Assembly (NCBI RefSeq): GCF_006345805.1
Contig: NW_021833128.1
Location: 1 to 29,435, forward strand
Length of the DNA stretch: 29,435 nt
Direction of reading: 5' to 3'
From: Octopus sinensis
Taxonomy: Eukaryota
In this document: piece after piece, positions 9,695-21,566 of the stretch
Layout of the letters: each line of letters begins with the position of its first letter
Position numbering within the stretch: the stretch's first letter is position 1
Translations under genes and position numbers: made by a program
Notes under the pieces: model-generated
Databases searched by the model: none
The model's input: only the letters and a program-made list of their open reading frames with translations
What the model was told of the DNA's origin: nothing

Positions 9695-10110
9695 AAGCAT
9701 TTAATCAGGCATGCTAACGATTCCACATGCTTGCGCCTTAAGCATGTCCTTAATAATACAACGGTCTTTTCTTTAGGAATAATTTTTTGTTGATTGCCCA
9801 CAAATCACTGGAAATAGTATGCGTTTTTGATATCGTAACTTACTGTCAACTGGGCTGATATGTGGCTGACGTAATTTCAAACAATTTTCTAGGGGCATAT
9901 GTTAAACTTACAGTTTGCAGTAAAATGAAAAATTTTAATTCAGAAAAAAATTTGCACTCGTGCATTCGTGCTGATGGGAAAATAATTTCCAGGGGGAGGT
10001 ATCGAAAATTGAGAATAATATCAGGGCTAAGACGAATGCTTAAAGATGCACACAGCACAGAAATCCCTGGTTCGTAGATGCACATAACTCTCAAAGATTA
10101 TGCTTAACGT

Positions 10111-10407
10111 TTGTTTGTTCCTTCTCAAGCCATGCCTGACTCATAATGGGCCGGTTTCCCGGTTTCCTTGGCGTTTAGGTTACCCACCTGGACGGGACGC
10201 CGGTCCATCGCAAGTGAGCTGCAAGAGGCAGGAGGAAAGAGTGAGAGAAAGTTGTGGCGAAAGAGTCAGCAGAAATTCGACATTACCTTCCACGTGGAGG
10301 TTAGGTGTTTCGCTCATAAGCACACACATCGCCCGGTCTGAGATTCGAACCCGCGATCCCTCGACCGCGAGTCCGCTGCTCTAACCACTAGGCCATGTGC
10401 CTCCACC
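10111..10407 (-). mobile_element. Full-length tRNA-derived SINE with TSD
   Basis: Minus head GGAGGCACATGGCCTAGTGGTTAGAGC...GGGTTCGAATCTC (A and B boxes). TSD ATGCTTAAYGT at 10100-10110 and 10408-10418. Confidence 0.9.
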
Positions 10408-11549
10408 ATGCTTAATGTAGTTGGTATAATTCACATCTATGTATATCAATATCATTGGATAATAGGCCAACCAAGCCTCCCAGATTTACACTACCATTAC
10501 TGTTGTAGCTGTGGCCACCGCCGCTGCCGGGAGTGCGCCTTCGGCTCGCTTCCGTATCGACGAATTTTTTCATTTCCTCTTCCGTTTTTACCTTCCTGAG
10601 ACCGCCTCCATCCGCCCATTACGCTACGGAAGCTCGCAGCCCGTTGCTGCCCCGTTGGCCGATGACGTCCCGGAAACGTCGGTACTCATGCCTTCCTCAA
10701 TCGCTCGCTCGCTTAGGATACATTTTGTAGAGGTTATTCAGCTGAAACATTCGGACCAGGCATTATTTTCCTTCCCCACTCCACATTTCTATCTTCCGAC
10801 GTTAGTCTGATGATGTCAGGCTAGTCACTGGCCTCGTCACTTTCACAAATTTGAAAGAGACTGTTAAGTTCATGGGCCCTGGCTTCCCTTCTCTCACTTC
10901 AAATCAACAGTAAGGGAAAAACAACCATTACCTTTCACATATTTAATGCGACTTAAATAGCAACTATGCAAATGGTTTTTAGAAAAAAAAACCAACATGC
11001 TTAGTAGGTTGTATATACGTCCTTCAACTTTAGATGAAGGGTATTGGGGAAATAAAATAGCAAATATAACGAAGATGCCTTTAAGCGAACCAGATATGAT
11101 AATAAATATCAGCAGCATTCTATCTCAATGCAATGATATTAGCTGTATATTATTTTCAGTGAAACTTTCTGAATGCTGTATTGTATCTGAATGTTATTCT
11201 TATGATATATATGACAAATAGCTCTATGAATAATCTCCAAAATCGCCAAATTATTAAATACGTTGACATCTTTGAAATGCTAAATCTACAAGCTGGAATA
11301 AAGACCTCGTCTGGTGTTTTGTTTATTTCTAGGAGAGGAAATGAAATATGTAAGTGAAGATGCTGAGCTGATATGAAACTCATCAAAAACCTACGCAGAA
11401 CGTAAATATTTTCAGATATGAAACTTTCTGCAATCCTATCTAAACAAAAAGATTTTTATTCATATCCTTAAGCAAAGCACTTGACATAACGAAATCTTCT
11501 CATAGCAATCCACAAAAATGATGGTCGTTAATAGATAATTGTGTCTCAC

Positions 11550-11764
11550 GGTGACGTGCAAGAGGAATCGTTAGCACGCCGAGTAAAATGCTTGGCGGCA
11601 TTTCGTCCGTCTTCACGTTCTGAGTTCAAATTCCGCCGAGGTTGACTTTGCATATCATCCTTTAGGGGTTAATAAAATAAGAACCACGTGATCTTTGGAG
11701 TAGATGTAATCGACTTACCTCCTCGCTCAAGTTTGCTGACCTTTTGCTAAAATTTTAAATCAAT
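11550..11764 (+). mobile_element. SINE (12162 family), diverged
   Basis: GAATCGTTAGCACGCCG...TTCTGAGTTCAAATTCCGCCGAGGTTGACTTTG. Confidence 0.85.
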
Positions 11765-12161
11765 GTATAATTCTATCTCGATGGGCAAGGATTTCGTTTC
11801 CTTAAGCGGTTGACAGATAAATCGTCGCTTCAAAGAGACGCTAATCATACGCCCGCATTTTTTTCTTCTTTTTTTTTGTCATTTTAAATATAATGGGATC
11901 GAATTCTGCTCAGCAAGTCAACGACTCCTTCATCAATTTCACGATGATTCCGCTGACTACAACCGAAGTGCTGTACCCACCTAGAATTAGATAGACTTAA
12001 GTCATTGAAACTTAAGTGTTTCTCGACTTAACGCAACACAGTGCTGTTGACTAAATACCAACTGCTGACATCCCAGCTAATTGATCAGTTACCTATCCAC
12101 TCGGCCGACTTTATCCCTCTATTTCTCTCAGTCTTCCAGTATCCGATAAATTTAACTAAAT

Positions 12162-12559
12162 GAAGGCGGCGAGCTGGCAGACACGTTAGCACGCCGGACG
12201 TAATGTTTAGCGGTATTTCGTCTGTCTATACGTTATGAGTTCAAATTCCGCCGAGGTCGACTTTGCCTTTCATCCTTTCGGAGTCGATTAAATAAGTACC
12301 AGTTATGCACTGGGGTCGATATAATCGACTTAATCCGTTTTTCTGTCCTTGTTTGTCCTCTCTGTTTAGCCCTTTGTGGGTAGTAAAGAAATAAGTATAT
12401 CGTCTGTCTATACGTTCTGAGTTCAAATTCCGACAAGGTCGACTTTGCCTTTCATCCTTTCGGGGTCGATAAATTAAGTACCAGTTACGCAATGAGGTCC
12501 ATCAAATCGACTGGCCCCTTCCCCCAAAATTTCGGGCCTTGTGCCTACAGCAGAAAAGA
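12162..12559 (+). mobile_element. SINE with internal duplication, flanked by a 16-bp TSD
   Basis: Head AAGGCGGCGAGCTGGCAG. The core TCGTCTGTCTATACGTT.TGAGTTCAAATTCCG... occurs twice. TSD ATAAATTTAACTAAAT at 12146-12161 and 12560-12575. Confidence 0.9.
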
Positions 12560-12995
12560 ATAAATTTAACTAAATAACAAGGATACACAAGATCGGAATA
12601 TTGGAGTTTTCATAGATACAATATTTGGACCGATAGCTAACGTAAGTAGAGACTAACCATCAAACGCTCATGAAAATTGATCACACATCCAAATAAATGC
12701 ATGTGTATGTGTACTAGTGGGTAGTGTTTGTGTATGCAAGCAGTATTATATTTGTATAGGTATAGGTATACATGCTCGCTCTAGAATGTGAAAATATTCA
12801 TATCGTTATATAATCGTTACATAGTTTTAGAATGCTGATTTACTTTTCCCAGAAGGTAATGGTTTAGCTTTTTAGCTGTAGAGTCGTGAGTGCATATCTC
12901 ATCATTTGCATTCAATCGTACCCTGGATAAGCTCCTGACTGAAATTGTCCTACTTTGCTATCAGTAAGCAGAAGTAATCAAAGTAAAATAGTACA

Positions 12996-13339
12996 CCGTA
13001 TTTGACGGTCTATAAAACGCACCTTTTTTTTTTTACTCAAAAATGACTTTAAAAATACCCCTGCGTCCAATGCACTCAATGTAGGCTCAAAACTCGCTCA
13101 AAACGGTATGTATGTTTGAAAAGCGTGTGCTGACATCTATTGCTGAACAATCGCCTACGGTATGTTTATATCGAATGTGGATGCAATAAATTGTTTATAA
13201 TTACTGGTAATAATATAAAGTTATACAGGTAAGTGGAGGAATTGAAACATTATTTTAGTGGTAATTTATTTTACAAAAGTATAGCCTAGGCTACGGTGCG
13301 TCCTATGCACTCGTGCGTCTTACAGGCCATCAAATACGG
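12996..13339. mobile_element. Tc1/mariner-superfamily (Tc2/pogo-like) MITE
   Basis: 27-bp TIRs CCGTATTTGACGGTCTATAAAACGCAC / GTGCGTCTTACAGGCCATCAAATACGG with 4 mismatches. TA on the right, CA on the left. Confidence 0.85.
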
Positions 13340-13747
13340 TAATTAATTGGTAACTAATGGTTTACAATACCAAGACCATGTCCACTTGCACTCTAAACAT
13401 TAATCCTTGATTTTACACTAAATAAATCAACATTAATCCCTGATTTGCACTTACAAAATTGATGAACAATAATCCATAATTTGCATAACTAAATGGATCT
13501 GGATTAATACCTGGTTTAAATAAATGAATCAAAATTAATCCCGCATTTGTTTTAACTAAACTATATCAGACTTAGAATTATTTTGATTAAAGGCGTACTA
13601 AGCAGCATTGAGTGAATATAGTTATGTGTAGGCTTATTCAACACGTTCGTGTACATTCGTGCACATTTGGATAACGCCAGTAAGAGCTGTTCATTTTTAC
13701 TGGAACATTTGCTATTCTGGTATAAGAACGACCTGCTTTTTTTTGCC

Positions 13748-13793
13748 CATTAGCTATGTATACAGAACCGATGTTCTCTGTACATAGCTAATG
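13748..13793. repeat. Near-perfect 46-nt hairpin
   Basis: CATTAGCTATGTA...TACATAGCTAATG perfect 13-bp arms plus inner AGAAC-CGAT-GTTCT. Confidence 0.85.
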
Positions 13794-14239
13794 AAGGGTA
13801 ACGACGCAGATACGCACGCATCTTACGGACTGGTGACGTCATTCATGGCCTAGTGGTACGTTTACATCTATATTATCTACAAAGAGAATTTCTTCTTTGG
13901 AGACATCTTATGCAGTGTATTGTCTTTCCATGTCCGAACACGCATGAACATGCTAAATATGACTGTACATAACTGATATTAGAATTATTCATTTACATCT
14001 GCCATAGTGACTGAACTCCAGTAAAAGTTGCCATATCGCATTTTATTGAGATTTTTTTCATAATAAATGGAAAAGCTGAATGCTATTATTTTTTTTTATC
14101 TATATCTATTTTTTATTTTTATTTTTTATGCTTTATTTAAATCTGTAGATTTTTATCAGCCTGAACGCAATATAAATAACATTACAGAATGCTGCATTAC
14201 CACTAAAATCCTTTTAAATCTTAATCACACACCGACACT

Positions 14240-14910
14240 CCCTCCTTCGCCAAACCAACTACAATAAGTCCTCGACAGATATTACTTTATGCCGCACATA
14301 CTTAATTGCTACAGTCACACAGCAAACAATTCCCCCAACTATATCACCCTCACATATCATGAAAACAAAATAAAGAACACTTTACAAATTCCAACAAAGC
14401 CCACCATAGATTCTTCTAACAGGAAACAGATTTACAGTTTTATAGAATTTAACACCATAAACACCATGATAGATAATGTAGTAAATACATTCAGTAACAA
14501 TAATTTTAAAGGCGTCAAAACAACTTATATACCATAAGGCAACATAAACAAAATTACACAAGCGAAATAGATATATTGATAAAAACTAAAGACTGTCTCA
14601 AATGGAACCTAACAAAAACTCACACAACAGATATAAAAATTAATATTCAGAAACTAAACATATAAATCACAAAAGAAATAATCAAACAAAACTGAAAAAT
14701 GGACAGCATTTGTATCCAGCATAAGCCATAAAATAATTGTTAAAAAAAGCTATACAAAGGAATTAGCAATTACTGCAACTTTATCTACAGCCAAACCATA
14801 TCATGTACGAGGAAATTCAAACAGAATAACTACAATCCAAAAGTAAGCAAACTCTCAGACCGAAATATTTCCTAAAAATCGATCTGCCAAAGCGACACAA
14901 AGACGCAAAA
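14240..14910 (+). pseudogene. Possible highly decayed LINE ORF2 fragment
   Basis: A/C-skewed strand. Short translated patches (IILKASKQ..IP, KTEKWTAFVSSI) resemble the endonuclease-RT linker of LINEs; weak. Confidence 0.3.
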
Positions 14911-14992
14911 TGTGGCGATGATTAGGATTTTCTTCCCCGCCTCTTTTGCCACTATCGGATACTAGATTGAAAACATGCCGACAATCTACCAT

Positions 14993-15065
14993 TATATACT
15001 ATATATACATACATATATATATATATTATATATATACACATATGTATGTATGTATGCAGTTAGAT

Positions 15066-15097
<32 letters not shown>

Positions 15098-15361
15098 AAT
15101 ATATATATATACTATATATATATGTATATATATATTATATAAATATATGTATGTGATAAATATATCATGTATATATATGTGTATATAAATGCATATATAT
15201 ATATGTATATATTTATGTATGTATTATATATATATATGAATATACATATACATACATATAAACATATATATATATACATAAATATACATATAGAGACAAT
15301 ATATATATATGTATATATAGACATATCTTACTTTGTACTATATATATATATATATATATAT
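14993..15361. repeat. Imperfect (TA)n microsatellite
   Basis: Direct observation. Confidence 0.9.
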
Positions 15362-15528
15362 AACGGGAAGCTTATGAAAATAACAAAAGACGAAGGCAGG
15401 TGGAAAACAAACGAACAATTGTATAGTATGGCGCTCAGGAAATATAAATAAAACAAGTCTTTAACGTTTCGAGCCTACGCTCTTCAACAGAAAATACACA
15501 GAGAGAGAAAAACAGAAAGAAGGAGAGA

Positions 15529-15530
<2 letters not shown>
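15362..15530 (-). mobile_element. Short PLE-like fragment with degenerate hammerhead-like motif (15457-15497)
   Basis: Minus strand: GUAUUUU-CUGUUGAA-GAGC-GUAG-GCUC-GAAA-CG-UU-AAAGAC. Confidence 0.5.
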
Positions 15531-15576
<46 letters not shown>

Positions 15577-15580
<4 letters not shown>

Positions 15581-15641
15581 AAATAAGCAACAAGGATATC
15601 CAGGGGATATACCTCTGGATATCCTTGTTGCTTATTTTGAT
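15577..15641. repeat. Perfect 27-bp inverted repeat (65-nt hairpin)
   Basis: ATCAAAATAAGCAACAAGGATATCCAG-GGGATATACCT-CTGGATATCCTTGTTGCTTATTTTGAT. Confidence 0.95.
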
Positions 15642-15865
15642 TTTAATCACCTTACTTTGAAATTGTATGGATAATACCATACTAAATTCTAATGCCTCAA
15701 CTTAAGTACCATATTTATCTGAATCTAAATTTTTACATTTTTATTTATAGAGAGAGAGGGGGAGAGAGGTGGAGAGTGAGATAGACTGATATACATACAT
15801 ATGTGTGTGTAAGCATAGACAGACAGACAGACAGACAGGTGGGTAGGTAGGTGGATAGATAGATG

Positions 15866-15951
15866 ATACATACATACATACATACATACATACATACATA
15901 CATACATACATACATACATACATACATGCATACATACATGCATACATACAT
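15866..15951. repeat. (CATA)n microsatellite
   Basis: Direct observation. Confidence 0.95.
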
Positions 15952-16777
15952 AAGTTTCTTTATTAGCCACACAGGGCCGAACACAGAGGGGACAAAATAC
16001 AATGTAGAGCTTTTAGAAAATAGACAAAAAAGGAGGAAAAAATAAATCTCCGATCAAAAGGGATCGTGCATCGCAGAAAATATAAATGAAAAACAAAAAG
16101 CATATTAGGTTTATCCGTGGAAAGAAAAGCTTACGGAAATGACCACAGTAACCTCAGGCAGGGAGGGAATAAACACATGAGAGCAAAGTGCTCTCCTCTC
16201 TCTCTCTCTCACTCGCTTTTTACGATTTACAGGATCATGCTCAAAGTGGTTTCGTCATTCGCGCGTACCATCTTTGTTACATTCACCCACCTTTTATTGA
16301 ATCTTTCACGAGACAAAACCTGCTTCTCCATTCTCACCTTCCTTTTCAAGTGGTACTTGAAAAAGTTGATGAGCGAATGGTCAGAGAGGAAAGTGTTTGT
16401 CTCTAAACTTTTCGCTCGAGTCATCACACACACATTCTTTCACCGTGGCCACCAGTACGATGGACACTGCATTGCCTTCCCTGGTGGCGAAGCAATTTTC
16501 ACGATAGACTCGGCCGACAAGCGAAATCATCCCACACGTGACAGCAGCCATTCTGCATAAGCCCACAGGTCCGAAATGGTTGAACACTGCAGAACGGCTT
16601 CGTTGCTCTGACAGCATCTCCGTCAAGTCGGTCCGGTGTGTCTCGAACCGTGCCTGTAGAGCTCATCCCGAACAGGCAATAATTCTCGATAGTATTACCA
16701 GGCCAGGGATCTCTAGTGATTGTCCATAGGTCCCGGCCCGAAAGTTGTCCTGAACAGGCGGGTCAGGAGTTCCTCGT
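15952..16777 (-). mobile_element. 5'-truncated L1/Tx1-like LINE remnant (ORF2 C-terminal zinc-finger region plus 3' UTR)
   Basis: Minus translation RSLAW*YYRELLPVRDELYRHGSRHTGPT*RRCCQSNEAVL..QCSTISDLWAY resembles the C-terminal CCHC (zf-RVT) region, with stop codons. It continues into LINFFKYHLKRKVRMEK..FNKRW and ends AATAAAGAAACT plus (TATG)n. Confidence 0.75.
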
Positions 16778-17202
16778 CTGCAGTTACTCAATCCAGATTA
16801 CAAGTTCAGATTTATACTTGTAATTATTGGGGCCCTGGGATACGTAACACACTGCCTAAATACCAATCTTGAGAAATTAGGCTTCTCAAAACTGGAAAGG
16901 AGAAATCTGATTCGAAAACTACGGATCCAATTCATCATTGGAACTGTAAAAATCTGTAAAACCTTCCAGAAGTTTATCATATGATAATATATATCATAAT
17001 ATATATGAGCATGTCTAGATATGCAAGTATATGCATGAGAATACATACCTAAAGCAAAACATACAAATCTGCTCGTCTACATACATACATACAAAAATAC
17101 ACAGTTGTTGATGTTGAAATTCCAATGAAGGAGCCTTAGATCTAGGTTAGAAACCTACTCTTTCTCTATTGGTAAGAAATCTTGAAGTAAAACTGAATAA
17201 TG
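16778..17202 (+). mobile_element. 5'-truncated RLE-type LINE 3' end
   Basis: LQLLNPDYKFRFILVIIG/ALGYVTHCLNTNLEKLGF...GTVKICKTFQKFII* (one frameshift; stop at 16982-16984) resembles a restriction-like endonuclease C-terminus. 3' UTR is followed by (CATA)n. Confidence 0.65.
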
Positions 17203-17213
17203 ACATACATACA

Positions 17214-17245
<32 letters not shown>

Positions 17246-17257
17246 AAAATAAATAAA

Positions 17258-17505
17258 TGCGCCCTTTTACAGCCTAGCCAGGCTCATGGGCCCGGTTTCC
17301 CGGTTTCAATGGCGTATGTGTTCCCCAGCTGGACGGGACGCCAGTTCATCGCAGCGTTACTCATTTTTGCCAGCTGAGTGAACTGGAGCAACGTGAAATG
17401 AAGTGTTTTGCTCAAGAACACAACGCGTCGCCCGGTTCAGGAATCGAAACCACAATCTTACGATCATGATGCTGACACCCTAACCACTAAGCCACGCGCC
17501 TCCGC
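17258..17505 (-). mobile_element. tRNA-derived SINE
   Basis: Minus head GGAGGCGCGTGGCTTAGTGGTTAGGG...GGTTTCGATTCC, central GTTGTGTTCTTGAGCAAAACACTT, and a tail shared with 10111-10215. Confidence 0.9.
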
Positions 17506-17521
17506 ACATACATACATACAA

Positions 17522-17552
<31 letters not shown>

Positions 17553-17919
17553 CTGTACATATATATTATCTCTGTCTACGTGCACGCACGCGCGCGCGCA
17601 GACACAAAGAGTAAAAACGCACTTTCTGTCTAGAAGCCATTTACACACCATGACTAATAGAGACAATGCATAAGATCAAATTTTGCTAGCTTGCTCTTTT
17701 CGGATGTCTACGTAGAGGCTGTAATTGACATCAGACTAATCATAGAATGTTGCTTTCCTTCGTTTTATTTTCCTGTTGTTGGGGTGTATTTTTGTTGGGT
17801 TTTGACAATTGAAAACATCGAATTTACGATCTCTTTATGGTTCTAAATATGTCATTTCTGAGACTGTGATTTAGACTTGACTGTTATAAGAGAATTCTAT
17901 ATGATCTGTGAGTGATTTA

Positions 17920-17974
17920 CTTCATACGTATACATACATATATGTGTGTATGTGCGTGTGTCTGTGTGTGCATG

Positions 17975-18006
<32 letters not shown>

Positions 18007-18074
18007 TACATACACACCTACTAGAATGTTCATCTTCAGAATATCTTTAGTTTTTTTTTGTTTTTTGTTTATAT

Positions 18075-18131
<57 letters not shown>

Positions 18132-18387
18132 ATATGTATATATATATGTGTGTGTGTGTGTGTGTATATAATTTACATGTGTATATATGTATATATATAT
18201 ATATGTGTGTGTATGTATGTATATTTTTCTATATATCAAGTCCATTCGTTTATTTGCATCATTATCTCTCTCTCTCTCTCTGTTTATATATATATATATA
18301 TACATATATTTATGTGTGTGTGTGAGAGAGAAAAACATATATATATATAGACATATGTTTGTGTGTGTGTGCGTGCGTGTGTGTGCT

Positions 18388-18436
<49 letters not shown>

Positions 18437-18468
18437 GTGTGTGTGTTTGTGTGCGTGTGTGTGTGTGT
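17920..18468. repeat. Compound (TA)n/(GT)n microsatellites
   Basis: Direct observation. Confidence 0.9.
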
Positions 18469-19062
18469 ATTTATTCTGAGACACATTTAACTACAATGTG
18501 CTTTGAAGAGAGAAATCTGTCTTCGTTCCATACAAACAAATGACAAACAAATTATCACAAATTGTACTTAAACTCACTGAATTAAACCTCGTCTTAAATA
18601 ACAGAAATTGCTTTGTTGAACTTTCAAATCAATTCGGTCCAGATGGACTAATTGTATTTTAACATTAAAAAAAAAACCGGGAAAAAAAAAAAAAAGCGAA
18701 AATATATTTATTGTGAATTTGTCAGTCTTTATTTTTTTTACATCGAACCAGCATTTATATGTGGTTGTATATTTCTGTGCGTGTTTTGTTTTTTTGGGAG
18801 GTTTTTTTTTTTCAGTGTACGTAGATTTTTGCCGTTGTTGTAATGGTTTTCTTTTTTTTATTATGTTGTTGTTGTTCGAATAATTTTTTTTTTTTGTCAT
18901 CATTCATGGGAAGAAAGAAAAAAAAAATGTTACCAGAATAAACATAGGAAATGTTTACAAGGGAGGGTTGGTTAATAGAGAGAGCCATCAGAGGATCAAA
19001 TACAGAATATAGAAATAAACTTAAAATATACACACGCTAATCGATTAATAATAAGAACAACA

Positions 19063-19094
19063 ATGATAATAATTGTAGTAATAGTAATACTAAC

Positions 19095-19155
<61 letters not shown>

Positions 19156-19278
19156 ATGGTGATGGTGTTGTTAGTAGTGGTGGTAGTAGTAGTAGTAGTA
19201 GTAGTGATGGTGGTGGTGGTGGTAGTGGTGGAAGTAGTAGTAGTAGTAGTAGTAGTGGTAGTGGTAGTAGTAGTAGTA

Positions 19279-19311
<33 letters not shown>

Positions 19312-19319
19312 TGGTAGTG

Positions 19320-19358
<39 letters not shown>

Positions 19359-19402
19359 AAAAAGTTATAATTACTAAGTGATAAATAATAATATTAATAA
19401 TG

Positions 19403-19472
<70 letters not shown>

Positions 19473-19510
19473 GGATAATGGGGATGATGATGCTGATAAT
19501 GATGATGATG
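19063..19510. repeat. (GTA)n/(GTG)n then (TAA)n/(TGA)n trinucleotide tracts
   Basis: Direct observation. Confidence 0.95.
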
Positions 19511-20154
19511 CTGTCTGAGTCTCTTCTAACAATTTCTAGGCTGCCTACCAAAGACCACAAATACAAAATACCAACAGATCAAAGTCGCTGTCGGCCAGCT
19601 TGATCATGCTCAATGGCTATTTAATAGAATTTCCAAACATTTACGAAAATTCACTGAATTTCATTCACACATCGGTACACATTCACACCTGATCGCTTGC
19701 CTTCACACACACACACATACACAGCGATTAGAATGTGTTATTTTATGCTGGTGTTATTTCTTAATTTTTATTTTTATTATCTATGTTTTTTTTAATTTTA
19801 TATTTTTCACATTACTGAAATCATTTTTGTATTTTTTTATATCTTTCATTATTTTTATTTTCATTTTCAAATACTTATTAAGATATCTATTGATTAACGA
19901 CTATATATATATATATATATATATATATTCTTTTTTTTTTCAAAAATAACCACCAAATGTAAGTGTTGATATATTTTTTCGCTTCCAAATATAAAGAATG
20001 ATAGCAAGTATGTTTATTTAATGAAAAGAAGATTTTCAATTAAAATTTCTTCAGAACTAAATTAACAGTAATATGAAAACTACCAGGAACAATAGCATAA
20101 AGATATTTGTTAATGATAATAATAAAAGGCTACCCACAACAACAACAACAACAC

Positions 20155-20272
<118 letters not shown>

Positions 20273-20273
20273 A

Positions 20274-20371
20274 GCTTAGGGCTATATCACGTTGAAAGCA
20301 CCGGTTCTCGGCCGATCAGCGAAGTTAGTGCTTAGATGTGTGACCGCTTGGGAAACCTAGGTGATGTAATC
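20274..20371 (+). pseudogene. 5S rRNA pseudogene with ~20-nt internal deletion
   Basis: GCTATATCACGTTGAAAGCACCGGTTCTCGGCCGATCAGCGAAGTT-AGTGCTTAGATGTGTGACCGCTTGGGAA matches both halves of metazoan 5S. An oligo-T follows. Confidence 0.85.
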
Positions 20372-20390
20372 ATATCATTTTTTTCTTTAT

Positions 20391-20944
20391 GCCCTGGTGC
20401 AGTACTAGGCAGTGGCTCTCGTGGCTTCTGATCTTAACTGATTGCAAGTGTTATCATGTACATTGTTTTGTCTTGGTATAAAAGATGGGCTACAGCAAAT
20501 ATTCTGCTCAATACCACAGATTTGCTTGTCAGTTGTTTGACCTTAACCAGTTGACCATGTCCCTTAGTGGCTGACGATATGTGCATCTCTGATCACGAGC
20601 AGAAGTAGTGGGGGAGCATCATAGCCATGTGTTGAGAGGGATTCTTTGGGGTTTGAATAGTTCACCTCTGGAAACATGGGTGGTTCTTTCAACATCCTTA
20701 AACAACCCTTATTCAGGGACCGTTTGAGCGGGATGGGCTACTCAACCTGAAGAAAATTCTAACTGGGCCCCACCTGCAAGGTCATGCGCTGTTTATCTTG
20801 ATATGAGATCACCATGTCGCGCACATATGGTTGTGATGCATGTGCCTGGTGTGCCCTTATCAAACAGGTAGTCATGATGGGTTTATTGGGCTTCGTATAT
20901 TTTACCCCAGTGTCACTTTGATGGCATGAACTGCTCTCTCACTC
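20391..20944 (+). mobile_element. ~555-bp non-coding interspersed element ending in (AAT)n
   Basis: A partial second copy lies on the minus strand at 27242-27535. 3' end CTCTCTCACTC-(AAT)n; no ORF. Confidence 0.75.
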
Positions 20945-20975
<31 letters not shown>

Positions 20976-21566
20976 TAGAAAGAGTACGAGCGTAGATACG
21001 GCAAGATAGCCCGAAATCTCCACTGGCTACTATGCCGTAAGTATGGATATGAGGTTACGGGTGCCTGGTACCAGCATACGCCGTAAAAAGTAATGGACGA
21101 AAAGGGAAAGGCAAAAATCCTCTGGGACTTTGATTTCAGGAGAGATAAGGTGTTAGAGCACCGAAGGCCGGATATAGTAACTTTTACGAGGGACAAACAA
21201 GAGAGCTTAATAATCGACGTGGTAGTGCCAGGAGATCAACATATCGTCATGAAAGAAAGAGAAAATGTTGACAAATATGGAGACCTGAGAATTAAGATCG
21301 CTAAGATGTGGCAGCTACGAGAGTCAAACATAAGGGTTATCCCTATTGTTATCGAAACATTGGGTTCAATTCCACCCAATGTGGAAAAACATCTTGAAAC
21401 CTTATACTAATACTCTGCAATCTTGATGTATTTCAAAAGTGGGCATTACTTCGAACTGCAGGCATATCGCGTAAAGTACTGTCAGTCTGAGGTCCTTGTT
21501 GCGCCTTGACAAACAGTATGAACCCCCGATAGACACAATATCTTCAATCAACAACCTCACGATATT

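Noticed and set aside
10330-10407. tRNA gene
   Set aside because: It is the tRNA-derived head of a SINE with body, tail and TSD; the same applies to ~17430-17505 and 25280.
10800-10860. CTGANGA motifs at 10807, 20571, 20747, 23033, 25015 and 28641
   Set aside because: No properly placed GAAA/UH with closing stem I; 23033 encodes the Tc1 SDE motif.
16117-16560. 147-aa ORF on the + strand
   Set aside because: Antisense to the Tx1-like remnant.
19510-19620. Possible host exon between trinucleotide tracts
   Set aside because: No recognisable protein similarity or convincing splice-site pair.
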